Part shown: piece after piece, positions 34,785 through 42,906 of the stretch | Layout of the letters: each line of letters opens with the position of its first letter | Position numbering within the stretch: position 1 is the stretch's first letter | Assembly (NCBI GenBank): GCA_045641205.1 | Contig: JAZUGM010000392.1 | Span: 2,577-66,576, forward strand | Length of the DNA stretch: 64,000 nucleotides | Direction: 5' to 3' | Source of the DNA: Thermoguttaceae bacterium | GTDB lineage: Bacteria > Planctomycetota > Planctomycetia > Pirellulales > Thermoguttaceae | Position numbers and translations under genes: made by a program | The notes under the pieces: generated by a model | The model's input: the letters and a program-made list of their open reading frames with translations, nothing else | Databases searched by the model: none | What the model was told of the DNA's origin: nothing

Positions 34785-37370
34785 ATGGCAAAAGCTAAAG
34801 GCAGTTTTAAGCCGGAAGATCTGAAAAGATATTATTTTTGGATCGTCCTACCGTTGATTCTTATACTTACGTTCGTCTTTTTCTTTCTCGCGAAAGGAAA
34901 GATCAAGAAGGCTTACGTTGAAAAGACGAGCGCCATTACGGCGGCCAAAGGCGAAGTCGACACGATCGCCGGCAATAAGAAACATCCAAACGACAATACT
35001 ATCAAAGCGATCAAAGCGGAAACTGCCGTGTTGGCAAACAGCGTGTACGGCGCTTGGGAACTGATGTACGGCGATCAAAAGTTGCGAAACCGTTGGCCTC
35101 GTCAGTTGTCGAACGAATTTCTTGACTTAGTCGAAAACAAATTGAAGTTTCGCGATCCGATCGGCGTCGGCAACCCGCATATGCTCGAAGACTACGGACT
35201 CTTCATTGCAAATCACCTTCCCGATCTGCTGAAGGAGATGAATCGTCGTCGCGTTCAAGTTCGCGAATACAAGTTGCTCAAGAAGAAGGAAATGAGTCAA
35301 CTTGGAATCACTGGTATGGAAGAACAATTCTGGCCGGTGTACGTCTATCAGGACGACAAAGGCGTTCAGCATCTGTATCTTGCGATCTACGCGAATCCTA
35401 AGGATGAAAAATCTGCCGTTAAAAGCGTATATCAATACGAAATCGATCTGACCAATCCCAATAATTCGTTGGTTACGAATTTTGACGACAGCGCTTTACG
35501 CGACAAATTGATAGCGAAAGAGCCGGAGCCGTATTACAGAGAAGTCGATCCTTGGATTATGGATCCGAAATCGATGATTATGTTCGGTATGGAATCGAAC
35601 GATATGCAGGGAATTATGCAAGCGATCAACGGAACCGAAGGCGGCGCGGGCGCGATGGGCGGTTCAATGGGCGGTTCAATGGGCGGCGCGATGGGCGGTT
35701 CCGGCGGCGCGCGCGGTTCGATGGGCGGCTCAAGCGCCGAAGGTATGAGCGGCGGAATGGGCGGAGGTATGGGAATGGGAATTTCTTCCATTCCCGGCGA
35801 CGGTTACGATCCTGCGGAAGACCAAATTTCCGGCTCCGATCTTGAAGCTCTTGCAGGAGGCGGAATGACCGGCGGCGTCGGCGGAGGTCGTATGGGCGGC
35901 GGAGCAACCGGTAGCGGAATGACCGGAGGTATGGGCGGCGGCTCGCGCGGCGGCGCTATGTCCGGCGGTATGGGCGGTTCGCGTGGCGGAGCTATGTCCG
36001 GAGGTATGGGCGGCTCGCGCGGCGGAATGTCCGGCGGTATGGGCGGGGATTCGATGGGTATGGGCGGTTCCACCAACATTGAAGACCCGAGTTGGTCGGT
36101 CAAGAAGTACCCTGGACTTCCTCCCTATAAGGAGCGTCGACGCGTCGTTGGAAACGTCGATTGGATCGATCCCGAAATTTACGCGTTGCCGACTTGGGAT
36201 TCCCAAGCCAATCCGACTTCTATTGAAGTTTGGTACGCGCAAGAAACTTTGTGGGTTTTCGAAGCCTTGATTCGCGTTGTTGCCGAGACTAATAGGGACT
36301 ACGTAGACAATCTCGCAAAAGCGCCCGTGAAATGCGTCGAACAGATGCTTATCGGGCAAGACGCGGCCGTTGAATTTACTACTTTGACGCAAACTATCGG
36401 CGATTTAACGGGTAAGTCGGCGACTGCAAACGCTATGGGATCAGATTCCTCAATGTCGTCTTCAATGGGCTCGGGTTCGGGTTCAGGTTCGGGGTCTGGC
36501 TCCGGCGGTATGATGGGCGGCGAAATGGGACTTGCGTTGACGGGTTCGGCGGAAATGCAAGCGGGTACGAAAATTCTCTTCGGTCGATATATCGGAGAAG
36601 ACAATAAGCCTTTAAAATCTGACGACAAGCCGCCTTTTGCTGAATTTAACAAGATGCCGGTCTGTTTGAAGGTCGTTATCGACCAACGACGTATTCCAGA
36701 TTTACTTGTCAGTTGCGCCAACTGTTCAATGCCGATCGACGTCAAACACATTCGTATTTGCCCGGACAACAACGTGCCTTTCGTGATGCCGATTCCTTTG
36801 GAAAATATGGCTTCCGACGCTAGCGGCGGTATGGGCGGCGCAATGATGGGCGGCGGTATGATGGGCGGCTCAATGATGGGCGGCGGAATGGGCGGAGGCA
36901 TGGGCGGTTCCGGTTCCGGGGAAAACGGAAACGCACGCGGAGCTATGGGCGCCGATTCGATGGGAATGGGCGGCGGCGTCGAAATTGGACGTTCCGAATT
37001 AGGTCAATCCGAGTACGGAGTCGACGCCATTCGCGTCGAAATATACGGCGTAATCAACATCTTTAACGAACCGAACAAAGAGAACTTTGCGACGGGTTCT
37101 TCCGCAGAAGAAGCGGACGCCGAGTCGCAAGCCATTCTTTCCGGGGTCGGCGCGACGGACGCCGCCGCCGATTCAGAAAACGCGCCTGCGGCAGACGATC
37201 AAAGCGCCGCGCCTGCGACGAACGATCAAAACGCCGCGCCTGCGGCAGACGATCAAAGCGCCGCGCCTGCGACAAACGATCAAAACGCCGCGCCTGCGGC
37301 AAACGATCAAAACGCCGCGCCTGCGGTAGACGATCAAAACGCCGCGCCTGCGGCACACGACGCGGCTTGA
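34785..37370 (+). CDS. large single-pass membrane protein with four Gly/Met tracts and a C-terminal 9-aa tandem repeat (protein B)
   Basis: ATG 34785 (AAGGTG 6 nt upstream; GTG 34776 also possible). MAKAKGSFKPEDLKRYYFWIVLPLILILTFVFFFLA is a basic N-terminus plus one TM helix. 861 aa, no family recognised. Confidence 0.8.
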   Translation: MAKAKGSFKPEDLKRYYFWIVLPLILILTFVFFFLAKGKIKKAYVEKTSAITAAKGEVDTIAGNKKHPNDNTIKAIKAETAVLANSVYGAWELMYGDQKLRNRWPRQLSNEFLDLVENKLKFRDPIGVGNPHMLEDYGLFIANHLPDLLKEMNRRRVQVREYKLLKKKEMSQLGITGMEEQFWPVYVYQDDKGVQHLYLAIYANPKDEKSAVKSVYQYEIDLTNPNNSLVTNFDDSALRDKLIAKEPEPYYREVDPWIMDPKSMIMFGMESNDMQGIMQAINGTEGGAGAMGGSMGGSMGGAMGGSGGARGSMGGSSAEGMSGGMGGGMGMGISSIPGDGYDPAEDQISGSDLEALAGGGMTGGVGGGRMGGGATGSGMTGGMGGGSRGGAMSGGMGGSRGGAMSGGMGGSRGGMSGGMGGDSMGMGGSTNIEDPSWSVKKYPGLPPYKERRRVVGNVDWIDPEIYALPTWDSQANPTSIEVWYAQETLWVFEALIRVVAETNRDYVDNLAKAPVKCVEQMLIGQDAAVEFTTLTQTIGDLTGKSATANAMGSDSSMSSSMGSGSGSGSGSGSGGMMGGEMGLALTGSAEMQAGTKILFGRYIGEDNKPLKSDDKPPFAEFNKMPVCLKVVIDQRRIPDLLVSCANCSMPIDVKHIRICPDNNVPFVMPIPLENMASDASGGMGGAMMGGGMMGGSMMGGGMGGGMGGSGSGENGNARGAMGADSMGMGGGVEIGRSELGQSEYGVDAIRVEIYGVINIFNEPNKENFATGSSAEEADAESQAILSGVGATDAAADSENAPAADDQSAAPATNDQNAAPAADDQSAAPATNDQNAAPAANDQNAAPAVDDQNAAPAAHDAA
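35640..35780 (+). repeat. Gly/Met-rich tract (B1)
   Basis: GGAGAMGGSMGGSMGGAMGGSGGARGSMGGSSAEGMSGGMGGGMGMG. Confidence 0.9.
35856..36071 (+). repeat. Gly/Met-rich tract (B2) with a thrice-repeated GGSRGG(A)MSGGMGG unit
   Basis: GGGMTGGVGGGRMGGGATGSGMTGGMGGGSRGGAMSGGMGGSRGGAMSGGMGGSRGGMSGGMGGDSMGMGGS. The DNA units differ by synonymous changes. Confidence 0.9.
36435..36530 (+). repeat. Ser/Gly/Met tract (B3)
   Basis: MGSDSSMSSSMGSGSGSGSGSGSGGMMGGEMG. Confidence 0.9.
36822..36977 (+). repeat. Gly/Met-rich tract (B4)
   Basis: SGGMGGAMMGGGMMGGSMMGGGMGGGMGGSGSGENGNARGAMGADSMGMGGG. Confidence 0.9.
37182..37367 (+). repeat. 27-bp in-frame tandem repeat, ~6.9 copies (APA[A/T][D/N]DQ[S/N]A)
   Basis: gcgcctgcgNNNNNNgatcaaaRcgcc units. 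Units 1-2 are repeated exactly as units 3-4 (54-bp higher-order repeat). Forms the C-terminus of protein B. Confidence 0.9.
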
Positions 37371-37469
37371 CGCGCCGAGACGTTCCGCGAACGTTTCGCA
37401 ATATTCGAAACGTTCGCTATCGACTGTTCGAAATAGTTTAAGAAGCAAATAAGAGCAATAGAGGACGCC

Positions 37470-39503
37470 ATGTGCGCGAAAGCTAAAGAAGATAAAGAAG
37501 CCAAAGCCGCGAAGAAAGCAGCGGCAAAGGAAGAAAAAGCCGCGAAAGCTAAAGCAAAAGCGAAGCCGAAGAAAAAAGCCTCGACGGGAACGGAAGACTA
37601 TAATTTCTTTCTTTTACACGGGGAAAAGATCGGTATTGCCGTCGCGCTGTTAGTTTTTGCGGGACTCGTCGCTTCCGGTAGCGGATTGGATAAATTTACG
37701 TTGACCCCGGAACAGATTAATAGTTCGTCGAGTTCAGCCGAGACGACGATTAAAGACAGCAAGGTTACGCCAAAAGAATACGACGAAGGTGTCGTCGTCT
37801 ATCCTTTTGATTCTTATGCCGAGCTTATTAAGAGCAACGTTAAAGTCAATTCTTATGAAACTGCGACTCGTTGGGAACAATCGTTGTTTCCAGATAAGAT
37901 CAAACGTCCGAACGTCGTTCCGCTCCCGCTTGAAAATTTACGCGCCGTCGCTTGCGTTGGCGCTATTATGTACAACGCGATTTCCGCGAACGGCGCCGCT
38001 AACGCCGGAGGAGGAATGGGCGGCGGTATGGGCGCCGGAGGAGCCGGAGCAGGCGGCATGGGCGGTGGTATGACGGGCGGTATGGGAGGCGCGTCCGGCG
38101 AATTAAAGGGACGCCACTGGATTACCCTTACGGGTTCGATTCCGATTCGCAAACAGCAACTTGCATACAACGAACTGTTTGGCAACGCTCAATATACGGA
38201 TGATCAACGCGACCAGCCTCGTTATATTTACTTTACGTTGGAACGCGGTATAGTTGATCCGACGGGCAAAACCGATTGGAAAAAGGTCGACGTTATCGGC
38301 GCGATTCAAAAAGAGAATCAATACTGGTCGGGGGTTGGTTCCGACCAAGTTGGTTATAACTATATGGCGCCCACGTGGTCTTCTTTCCCGCCGATGGCGA
38401 TGAGCTGTCCGCCGATGGCAAACAAGCCTTTCGGCGAGGAAGTCGCCAACTTGCCCAATATTCCTTTGAGTTCAACCGAACAGATCGACGTGCAAGCGTC
38501 CGACGTCAAGGAATGGAACGAACTGCAAGAAGCGATGAAAAAGTTCGACGAGTCCGATCTTCTCAGTCGCAATCCGTTTGCGGACGTCTCTATGGGCGGC
38601 GGAGCGGGTATGGCGGGAGGTATGTCCGGCGGAATGGGCATGGCTGGCGGAATGGGTATGGTTGGCGGCGGTATGATGGGCTCTGGAATGGAAACCGGCG
38701 GCGGAATGGGTATGTCGGGCGGCGCGACCGGCGGCGCGGTCGGAGGAAATTCCTGGCTTGTCAATCAAGACGCTATCAACGAGTCTCGTATGAAGATTCA
38801 ACAAGCGGCTTCCGTCGATTACTATCTTTTCCGATATTTTGACTTTGAAGTCGAACCAGACAAAACGTACGTTTATCGCGTTAAATTGATATTGGGCAAT
38901 CCGAACTACGGAGTTGACGAACATTTTGTCGAAGATCCGTCGACTTTGGACAAAACGTTCGTCGAGTCTGAATTCAGCGCGCCGTCCAATCCGGTTGCGT
39001 TGGGAGCGATTTCTCGCGTTCTGGCGGAAAACGTCGAAGCTTCTTCCAGACCGGGAGCGGAACCTCGTATTACGCTTTCTTCCGTCTATTTTGACGAAGA
39101 AGACGCGTCCGAATCGATTATTCAAGGTCAAAACCTCAAACGCGGACAAGTCGCCAACTTCTACAGCCAAAAGCACGACGCCGTGTCCGTTGCCGGAGGA
39201 CGATCTTCCGCTTCGATGTACGACGCTATGGGTATGGGATCGGCAGGTTCCAAGAAAGGCGGCAAACCTAAGAACAAGTCGGTCAATCATATTTCGAACG
39301 TATGCGTCGTCGACGCCTTAGGCGGAGCTAAGATATCCGGCGTTACGTTGCGCTCGCCCGGCAAGGTGTTGTTCCTCGAACCGAACGGACTACTCCAAAT
39401 TCGTGAAGTTAAAGAAGACGCAAGAGAGTTGGGACGTTACGACAATTCCGCCGGAGCTATGGGAATGGGAATGGGAACGGGCGCCGCAGGAATGATGATG
39501 TAG
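37470..39503 (+). CDS. large single-pass membrane protein with Lys/Ala-rich cytoplasmic head and three Gly/Met tracts (protein C)
   Basis: GAGGA 5 nt upstream of the ATG. MCAKAKEDKEAKAAKKAAAKEEKAAKAKAKAKPKKK is followed by the TM helix IGIAVALLVFAGLVASG. 677 aa ending in ..GAMGMGMGTGAAGMMM. No family recognised. Confidence 0.8.
   Translation: MCAKAKEDKEAKAAKKAAAKEEKAAKAKAKAKPKKKASTGTEDYNFFLLHGEKIGIAVALLVFAGLVASGSGLDKFTLTPEQINSSSSSAETTIKDSKVTPKEYDEGVVVYPFDSYAELIKSNVKVNSYETATRWEQSLFPDKIKRPNVVPLPLENLRAVACVGAIMYNAISANGAANAGGGMGGGMGAGGAGAGGMGGGMTGGMGGASGELKGRHWITLTGSIPIRKQQLAYNELFGNAQYTDDQRDQPRYIYFTLERGIVDPTGKTDWKKVDVIGAIQKENQYWSGVGSDQVGYNYMAPTWSSFPPMAMSCPPMANKPFGEEVANLPNIPLSSTEQIDVQASDVKEWNELQEAMKKFDESDLLSRNPFADVSMGGGAGMAGGMSGGMGMAGGMGMVGGGMMGSGMETGGGMGMSGGATGGAVGGNSWLVNQDAINESRMKIQQAASVDYYLFRYFDFEVEPDKTYVYRVKLILGNPNYGVDEHFVEDPSTLDKTFVESEFSAPSNPVALGAISRVLAENVEASSRPGAEPRITLSSVYFDEEDASESIIQGQNLKRGQVANFYSQKHDAVSVAGGRSSASMYDAMGMGSAGSKKGGKPKNKSVNHISNVCVVDALGGAKISGVTLRSPGKVLFLEPNGLLQIREVKEDARELGRYDNSAGAMGMGMGTGAAGMMM
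38001..38099 (+). repeat. Gly/Met-rich tract (C1)
   Basis: NAGGGMGGGMGAGGAGAGGMGGGMTGGMGGASG. Confidence 0.9.
38589..38747 (+). repeat. Gly/Met-rich tract (C2)
   Basis: SMGGGAGMAGGMSGGMGMAGGMGMVGGGMMGSGMETGGGMGMSGGATGGAVGG (12 Met in 53 residues). Confidence 0.9.
39450..39500 (+). repeat. Gly/Met-rich C-terminal tail (C3)
   Basis: AGAMGMGMGTGAAGMMM followed directly by the stop codon; formally like the (GGM)n-M tail of GroEL. Confidence 0.9.
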
Positions 39504-39597
39504 CGCGTTTCTCCCTCGTAGTAATTTAGTAGTAATTTACTCGAAAGCCCTGCCGCAAAGCGCGTCGGGGTTTTTGTTTATCGATTGATAAAGCAAA

Positions 39598-40161
39598 ATG
39601 AATCGTATTGATGATTTGGGCGCGTCAATTTTTCAAGGGCGTGCAAACCGTATAGAAACGGAACGTCTGATAATAGCGCCTCTAACGCGCGAAGAATCCG
39701 AACTCTATTTAACCGACGTCGACGCCTTTGCGCGCGCGTTACGTTTGGCAAAAGCGCCAGACGAGCCGGACGAAGGAACAAAACGCGCTTTGAACTGGTT
39801 AATCGATCAAAGTTTACAGTATGATAAGAACTCAAGCGTTTGGACGGCGATTTGGGCGTTTATTGACAAACGAGAAAACGTCGTCGTTGGAAACGCCTGT
39901 TTTAAAGGGGCGCCAATCAACGGCGATGCGGAAATCGGATACGGAACAGAACGCCAATTTCAAAATCGCGGGTATATGACCGAAGGCGTGAGAGGTCTCG
40001 TCTCTTGGGGGCGTCAACGAAACGATTTACGTGGAATCGTCGCCGAGACGCTCAAAGACAACATCCCTTCCCAACGCGTCTTAGAAAGCGCCGGATTCGT
40101 CCAATTAGGAGACGGCAAAAACGAAAAAGACGCCTTCTTTTGGCGCGTCGACGTCAAATAA
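39598..40161 (+). CDS. GNAT family N-acetyltransferase (RimJ/RimL-like)
   Basis: ERLIIAPLT.., VVGNACFKG..AEIGYGTERQFQNRGYMTEGVRGLVSWG.., NIPSQRVLESAGFVQLG. Confidence 0.8.
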   Translation: MNRIDDLGASIFQGRANRIETERLIIAPLTREESELYLTDVDAFARALRLAKAPDEPDEGTKRALNWLIDQSLQYDKNSSVWTAIWAFIDKRENVVVGNACFKGAPINGDAEIGYGTERQFQNRGYMTEGVRGLVSWGRQRNDLRGIVAETLKDNIPSQRVLESAGFVQLGDGKNEKDAFFWRVDVK

Positions 40162-40200
40162 ACCGTATTTTGAAAACGTCGACGCGTTTTGGCGCCCTTC

Positions 40201-40229
40201 TTGAAATTTTAACGCGTCGAGGTTATAAT
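40201..40229 (+). promoter_or_regulatory. sigma70-like promoter candidate for pgi
   Basis: TTGAAA-17 nt-TATAAT, about 90 nt upstream of GTG 40318. Confidence 0.45.
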
Positions 40230-40317
40230 GAGGGAAGTAAACTTGGCGTTTTCGGCGCGCGTCTTCGAAGCGTGAACGATCGGCGACGAAAACAATACGG
40301 AACAAGAGGAGCATAAA

Positions 40318-41964
40318 GTGGCGTCTCAATTAACGCAATCCAAGGCTTGGAAAGATCTTGAAGCGCATCAAAAAGAAACGGCAAATTTGTCGATGCGCGA
40401 AATGTTCGCCAACGATCCAGAACGGTTCAAGAAATTCTCGCTTGAATTCGGCGGTTTGTTGTATGATTTCTCCAAAAATCGCATCACTGAAAAAACGCTC
40501 GATCTCTTAATCGCGCTGGCGGAACAAGCGCAAATCAAAGAAAAAGCGGAAATGATGTTCAGTGGTGAAAAGATCAACGTTACCGAACGTCGCGCCGTCT
40601 TGCATACCGCGTTGCGCAATCGTTGCAACGCGCCGGTTTACGTAGATGGAAAAGACGTTATGCCCGACGTAAACCGCGTCTTGGCAAAAATGAAAGATTT
40701 CAGCGAACGCGTTCGAAGCGGCGAATGGAAAGGCTATACGGGCAAAGCGATCACGGACGTCGTAAACGTCGGCATCGGCGGTTCCGATCTTGGACCCTGT
40801 ATGGTTTGCGAAGTTCTGACGCCTTATCAAACGAACGTAACGCCCCATTTTATTTCTAACGTCGACGGAACCCACGCCGTAGAAATTCTCAAAAAGCTGA
40901 ATCCCGAAACGACGCTCTTCATTATCGCCTCTAAGACTTTCACGACGCAAGAGACGATGACGAACGCGGAAACGGCGAAAAAATGGCTTTTGGAAAAGGC
41001 AAAAGACGAAACGGCGGTCGCCAAACATTTTGTCGCGCTTTCCACCAATCGCGAAGCGGTTGAAAAGTTCGGAATCGACCCGGAAAATATGTTTGAATTC
41101 TGGAGCTGGGTCGGCGGTCGTTATTCGCTCTGGTCCGCGATCGGCTTAAGTATCGCGCTCGCCGTCGGATTCGACAATTTTGAAGAACTTCTCACGGGCG
41201 CGCATGAAGTCGACGAATATTTCCGCGCGACGCCCTATCGTCAAAACATTCCCGTAATTATGGCGTTGCTCGGCGTCTGGTACAATAATTTCTGGAACGC
41301 CGAAACGCAAGCGATTTTGCCTTACGACCAATATATGCGTCGTTTTCCCGCTTTCTTGCAACAAGGCGATATGGAAAGCAACGGCAAGGGCGTCGACCGC
41401 GAAAATCGACGAGTCGATTATTCCACCGGTCAAATCGTCTGGGGCGAGCCGGGTACGAACGGACAACACGCCTTCTATCAGTTGATTCACCAAGGCACGA
41501 AGTTGATCCCCTGCGATTTCCTTGCGCCCGCGCAAACGCAGAACCCCATCGGCGACCATCACTACAAATTGATCGCCAACTTTATCGCGCAAACTGAAGC
41601 GTTGATGAAGGGTAAGACGGAAGAAGAAGCCTTCGCCGAACTAGTTAAATCTGGTTTGGACGAAGCCGAAGCGCGACGTCTCGCCCCGTCCAAAGTCTTT
41701 ACGGGCAATCGTCCGACAAGCACGTTCTTCTTCGACAAACTCACTCCGAAAATGTTGGGAAGTCTGATCGCGTTATACGAAATGAAAATCTTCGTCCAAG
41801 GTATGATCTGGAACGTCAATTCCTTTGATCAAATGGGCGTCGAACTGGGCAAGCAACTCGCGAAAGCCGTTTTGCCTGAACTGACGTCAAGCGAACCGTC
41901 GACGAAACACGACGCTTCTACCAACGCGCTCATCGAGTTCTTCAAAGCAAAGAACGCAAAGTAA
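40318..41964 (+). CDS. pgi: glucose-6-phosphate isomerase
   Basis: GTG start with AAGAGGAG upstream. 548 aa with [39 protein letters not shown] and [15 protein letters not shown] blocks. Confidence 0.95.
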   Translation: MASQLTQSKAWKDLEAHQKETANLSMREMFANDPERFKKFSLEFGGLLYDFSKNRITEKTLDLLIALAEQAQIKEKAEMMFSGEKINVTERRAVLHTALRNRCNAPVYVDGKDVMPDVNRVLAKMKDFSERVRSGEWKGYTGKAITDVVNVGIGGSDLGPCMVCEVLTPYQTNVTPHFISNVDGTHAVEILKKLNPETTLFIIASKTFTTQETMTNAETAKKWLLEKAKDETAVAKHFVALSTNREAVEKFGIDPENMFEFWSWVGGRYSLWSAIGLSIALAVGFDNFEELLTGAHEVDEYFRATPYRQNIPVIMALLGVWYNNFWNAETQAILPYDQYMRRFPAFLQQGDMESNGKGVDRENRRVDYSTGQIVWGEPGTNGQHAFYQLIHQGTKLIPCDFLAPAQTQNPIGDHHYKLIANFIAQTEALMKGKTEEEAFAELVKSGLDEAEARRLAPSKVFTGNRPTSTFFFDKLTPKMLGSLIALYEMKIFVQGMIWNVNSFDQMGVELGKQLAKAVLPELTSSEPSTKHDASTNALIEFFKAKNAK

Positions 41965-42000
41965 CGTAAAACTGTCAAATAGACCGACGTAAAAAACAAA

Positions 42001-42036
42001 AACGCGAGAACCTCGAATCGAGTCTCGCGTTTTTAT
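42001..42036 (+). terminator. intrinsic terminator after pgi (shared with the convergent gene)
   Basis: aacgcgaga / tctcgcgtt 9-bp stem followed by tttttatttt; an A-run upstream allows bidirectional use. Confidence 0.65.
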
Positions 42037-42085
42037 TTTCTTTGTTTGCTTAAAAGAAAGCTCGTAAAAGCGTCGTTTCCAGCCG

Positions 42086-42787
42086 CTATTCAGACGCGCC
42101 GTTCATTCTATCGTCTAACGGAAAAGCGCCGTAATCGGGAAAAGCGGTAACGCACTTCAATTCGTCGTCGACGCGTTCAACGACGACGCGAATCGGCACT
42201 CCGTATCGTTCTTCAACGCATACGTATCGTTCGGGCGTCTCCTGTGTTTTTTCGTCTTCAGTCGAGACTTGCAAACGCCATTTTGAATTGACGTCGGAAA
42301 GAATATCCGAAACTTCGTACATAAAACGATCGCCGGTCCAAAATTCTGGAATCTGCGTTTTTCCATATTTTGCCGCGTCGGGATTGGCATGTCCGCCGGA
42401 CCAACCTCGTACCGTCGAATACGGGGAAGAATCTTCGTCAAATCCCTTGTTGCGAACGCTCCGAACGATCGGTTCTCCTTCGAGAATATGTCTTGTTCGT
42501 TCTTCGTCCACAAGATTGGCGCCGCAACGAACTCCGTTTAAATCAAGCTGTTCGCGCAAATACAAATATCGCGCGTATTCTTCGCACGCCTCAAGAAACG
42601 GATTGCTCGTTGAGATTACGGGATGATAGGGCGTTTCTTGAAGATTCCAGCCCTGTTGGCAAATTACTTTTCCCCCGTCGATAATCCTCGTTTCAAGCAA
42701 AACGCCCTGTTTGCTCCAATTTCGAATCGTCGTCGCCAAGTCGTTTTCTCCCTTAAAGAGCGGTTCAAGTTTCTCTATGTCGCTCAA
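42086..42787 (-). CDS. cytoplasmic protein with C-terminal EndoU-like (bacterial EndoU nuclease) domain - tentative
   Basis: TTG start with AAGGAC upstream; 233 aa. RTRHILEGEP...RGWSGGHANPDAAKYGKTQIPEFWTGDRFMYEVSDILSD resembles my recollection of the EndoU_bacteria pattern HIL.G....GGH....K..FP..W....I. No signal peptide. Confidence 0.45.
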   Translation of the reverse strand: MSDIEKLEPLFKGENDLATTIRNWSKQGVLLETRIIDGGKVICQQGWNLQETPYHPVISTSNPFLEACEEYARYLYLREQLDLNGVRCGANLVDEERTRHILEGEPIVRSVRNKGFDEDSSPYSTVRGWSGGHANPDAAKYGKTQIPEFWTGDRFMYEVSDILSDVNSKWRLQVSTEDEKTQETPERYVCVEERYGVPIRVVVERVDDELKCVTAFPDYGAFPLDDRMNGASE

Positions 42788-42906
42788 GAGCGACGCGTCC
42801 TTATGTCCTTATTACGCATTTTACGCGCCAAACGTTCCCATAAAAAGAAAAAGCGTCAAGGAAATATTTCCCTGACGCGTCGGTTTGTCCACAAAGCGAA
42901 ATCGAC

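Noticed and set aside
37063-37448. ORFs with repeated RRFDRLPQA / RRGVLIVCRR units
   Set aside because: They are alternative-frame and antisense translations of the 27-bp tandem repeat at the 3' end of gene B.
35534-38764. Minus-strand Pro/Ile-rich ORFs (35534-35791, 35804-36103, 36299-36901, 37853-38185, 38360-38764) and the Arg/His-rich ORF 35730-36392
   Set aside because: They are antisense or off-frame readings of the GGN-ATG repeats (CAT-NCC gives His/Pro/Ile). Each coincides precisely with a G/M tract of protein B or C.
31440-39503. Annotating the locus as a complete type IV pilus or T2SS machine
   Set aside because: Only the PilM and PilN signatures are recognisable. There is no ATPase, platform protein, secretin, prepilin peptidase or pilin in the window, so only the fusion architecture is claimed.
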